Part shown: in pieces, positions 62,301 to 64,000 of the stretch | Layout: the number at the start of each line of letters is the position of its first letter | Position numbering within the stretch: position 1 is the first letter of the stretch | Assembly: GCA_043228905.1 (NCBI GenBank) | Contig: JBHGNT010000009.1 | Location: forward strand, 6,944,001-7,008,000 | Direction: 5' to 3' | Source of the DNA: Azolla caroliniana | Taxonomy: Eukaryota > Plantae > Polypodiophyta | DNA length: 64,000 nt | Translations under genes and position numbers: made by a program | Notes under the pieces: generated by a model | Told to the model about the DNA's origin: nothing | What the model saw: only the letters and a program-made list of their open reading frames with translations | The model's database searches: none

Positions 62301-64000
62301 TCTCGCAGTCGCCAATGTGTGTCGCCACGAATTTCCGGCATCCGTGCGGTCCGATTGTTTCGTCCTTTTTCTCCACCGGACATCCCTTGATCGGGATGTC
62401 ATCCAAGAATGGCATGGTGATGTCCGGGATACAATCCCTCAGCTCCTTGTTCATCGCATTCACCATGTGGGCCACTGAATTCGTCCCTCCTTGTGGCAGG
62501 GTACACATCCGCACTAGGCCGAGAGGAGTTCGCATCGTCGTAATGTCTCTGCTCTCTACGGCTAGTTGGAACTAATCGTACCCCGTGTACAGATCACCGA
62601 CCGAGTAGATCGACCTTCCGGCGAAGGCCTCCGCGAACTCGTCTATCGTTGGTCCAATTCCTGCGTTCCGAATGGTCACTCTGTTGACCGGTTGCAGGTC
62701 TTGAATGAAGCGCAACGTCCCGTTCTTCTTCGGTACGGTAAACCACCGGTTCGAGTACGGGGAACTCGACGGTTTGAGGATGCCCATATCGACTTTCTGT
62801 CTCAATAGCTCCATCAGCTCCGGGATGTGAGCTCTCGGTACCGGAATTGGTTTGAGATTCCACGGCACATGCGGTACCGTGAATATCACCATCGGCTTCA
62901 CGACTGTCGGGTCTACGCACCCGATCTCTTCCGGTGAGAATGCGAAGGCTTTCCCGTGCCTTCTGAGCATTCTCCGAAACCGGTCTTCTTCCGCCGGCAG
63001 TAGGAAACCGCCCCCCACCGATTTTGAGCTCCCGTAGTGTTCTGTCGGTGAAGGTGTGTCCTATGCAGGCCGGATCTCGTAAACTAGGGTCCGACGCGAC
63101 CCCCTTGATTCACAACTCGCTGCCCTCCGGTAAGGGTGCCGCGACTGGCCTTACCTTCCGGTCCACAATCTTGTACTTCGTGTTAACCCGGGCCGTCTGA
63201 TCCGATTCGAGCCCCCGACCGAAGTCCGCGATGACTTCGTACATCTCTTCTGAACAAACCGGTATCGTCCGGTCCTCTTTAAGGCCTTCTCCGACCACCT
63301 CTCGCAGTATTCCCAAGGTATCGTCGAAGGAGACTGCCTCCACAGCTCCGTTGATTTCCTCACAGGGCTCGAGAACTCCGCACGCCCGAAGTCGCTCTTC
63401 CGCCCTTGTCTTTTCTCGGCCAACGACGCCGACTATCGTACACCCTCCGTTGTCGGAGAAACAAAACTTCCTACTTATGGTACAAGGTTTCTTCGGTTTC
63501 GCCTCTATCGTACATTTGTGGGGTTTTCCCGGAGTGTCTGGATTGTCGCGGCCCCATGCCTTGACAGCCTCTCTAAAAATCCTCTCGGTTCTCGCCACCG
63601 AGGGACTCGCGGTTTCACTCGTGGTTCGGTCGCACCGTCAGGAACTGGACCGAATGACGCCCGTCCTAACTCTTGACCCTCGCGTAAGCTGACCCGTTGT
63701 CCAGCACCTTGGTCTCCATCCGCGCTGCCGTAATGTACGGTTCTCCCAGTATGACCAGGTGCGAGGACGTCTCCTGCACAAAGAAGTGCTGATCTATCTC
63801 GACGTCGCCGATCTTGACTCGCACGTTTGGGCAGGTCCCGTGTAGTTCCTCGGTGGCGCGCGTCGCCGCACGTATCTTCCACCCGTGCTTGGTGTTGATC
63901 GGCCATTGCCCCTTCTTGTAGAAGTCCATGGACATCAAGTTTATTTCCGAACCGTGGTCCACCAGCGCCACCACCGGTTCCTGAACATCTCCGATCTTCA
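59391..64000 (-). mobile_element. Fungal-like Ty3/Gypsy (family B): protease, RT, RNase H, integrase, PPT and 3' LTR (59391-60039); continues past the window
   Basis: Protease ALVDHGSEIN; RT FIQDLQPVN, LPQGGTNS, PFLDD; RNase H VDTSPTGIG; integrase HHCC, ADRGE, YNPEANGKVER, WFGPY; no chromodomain; LTR TGTTG...CGACA. Confidence 0.92.

Overview
Eukaryotic, TE-dense land-plant DNA (probably a non-seed plant; inferred from the Tcn1-like and fungal-like Ty3/Gypsy families and plant Copia/L1 types). Only one host gene is visible: a 3-exon Root-cap/LEA-related secreted protein (27739-29379, minus). The rest is nested, mostly decayed mobile elements: Gypsy families, Tnt1/Tork-like Copia elements (one full-length with LTRs, PBS, PPT and TSD), a hAT MITE, and an L1 LINE (~31.5-51.7 kb) split by two insertions. 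The main discovery is one of those insertions: a 9.2-kb TIR DNA transposon (34756-43970; 35-bp TIRs, 4-bp TSD CACT) with a Sola-like DDE transposase. Head-to-head with it lies a 6-exon cargo gene (~974 codons) fusing a ParB-like domain to a prokaryotic-type beta-class N6-adenine/N4-cytosine DNA methyltransferase. Intron 1 of that gene holds 11 copies of a ~43-bp palindrome at ~51-bp period, a candidate parS-like or methylation-target array. A second pattern is that four LTR junctions of a fungal-like Gypsy lineage all fall at ACG(N), with a 4-bp TSD where both ends are visible. All family assignments come from motif recognition by eye; no database search was run.
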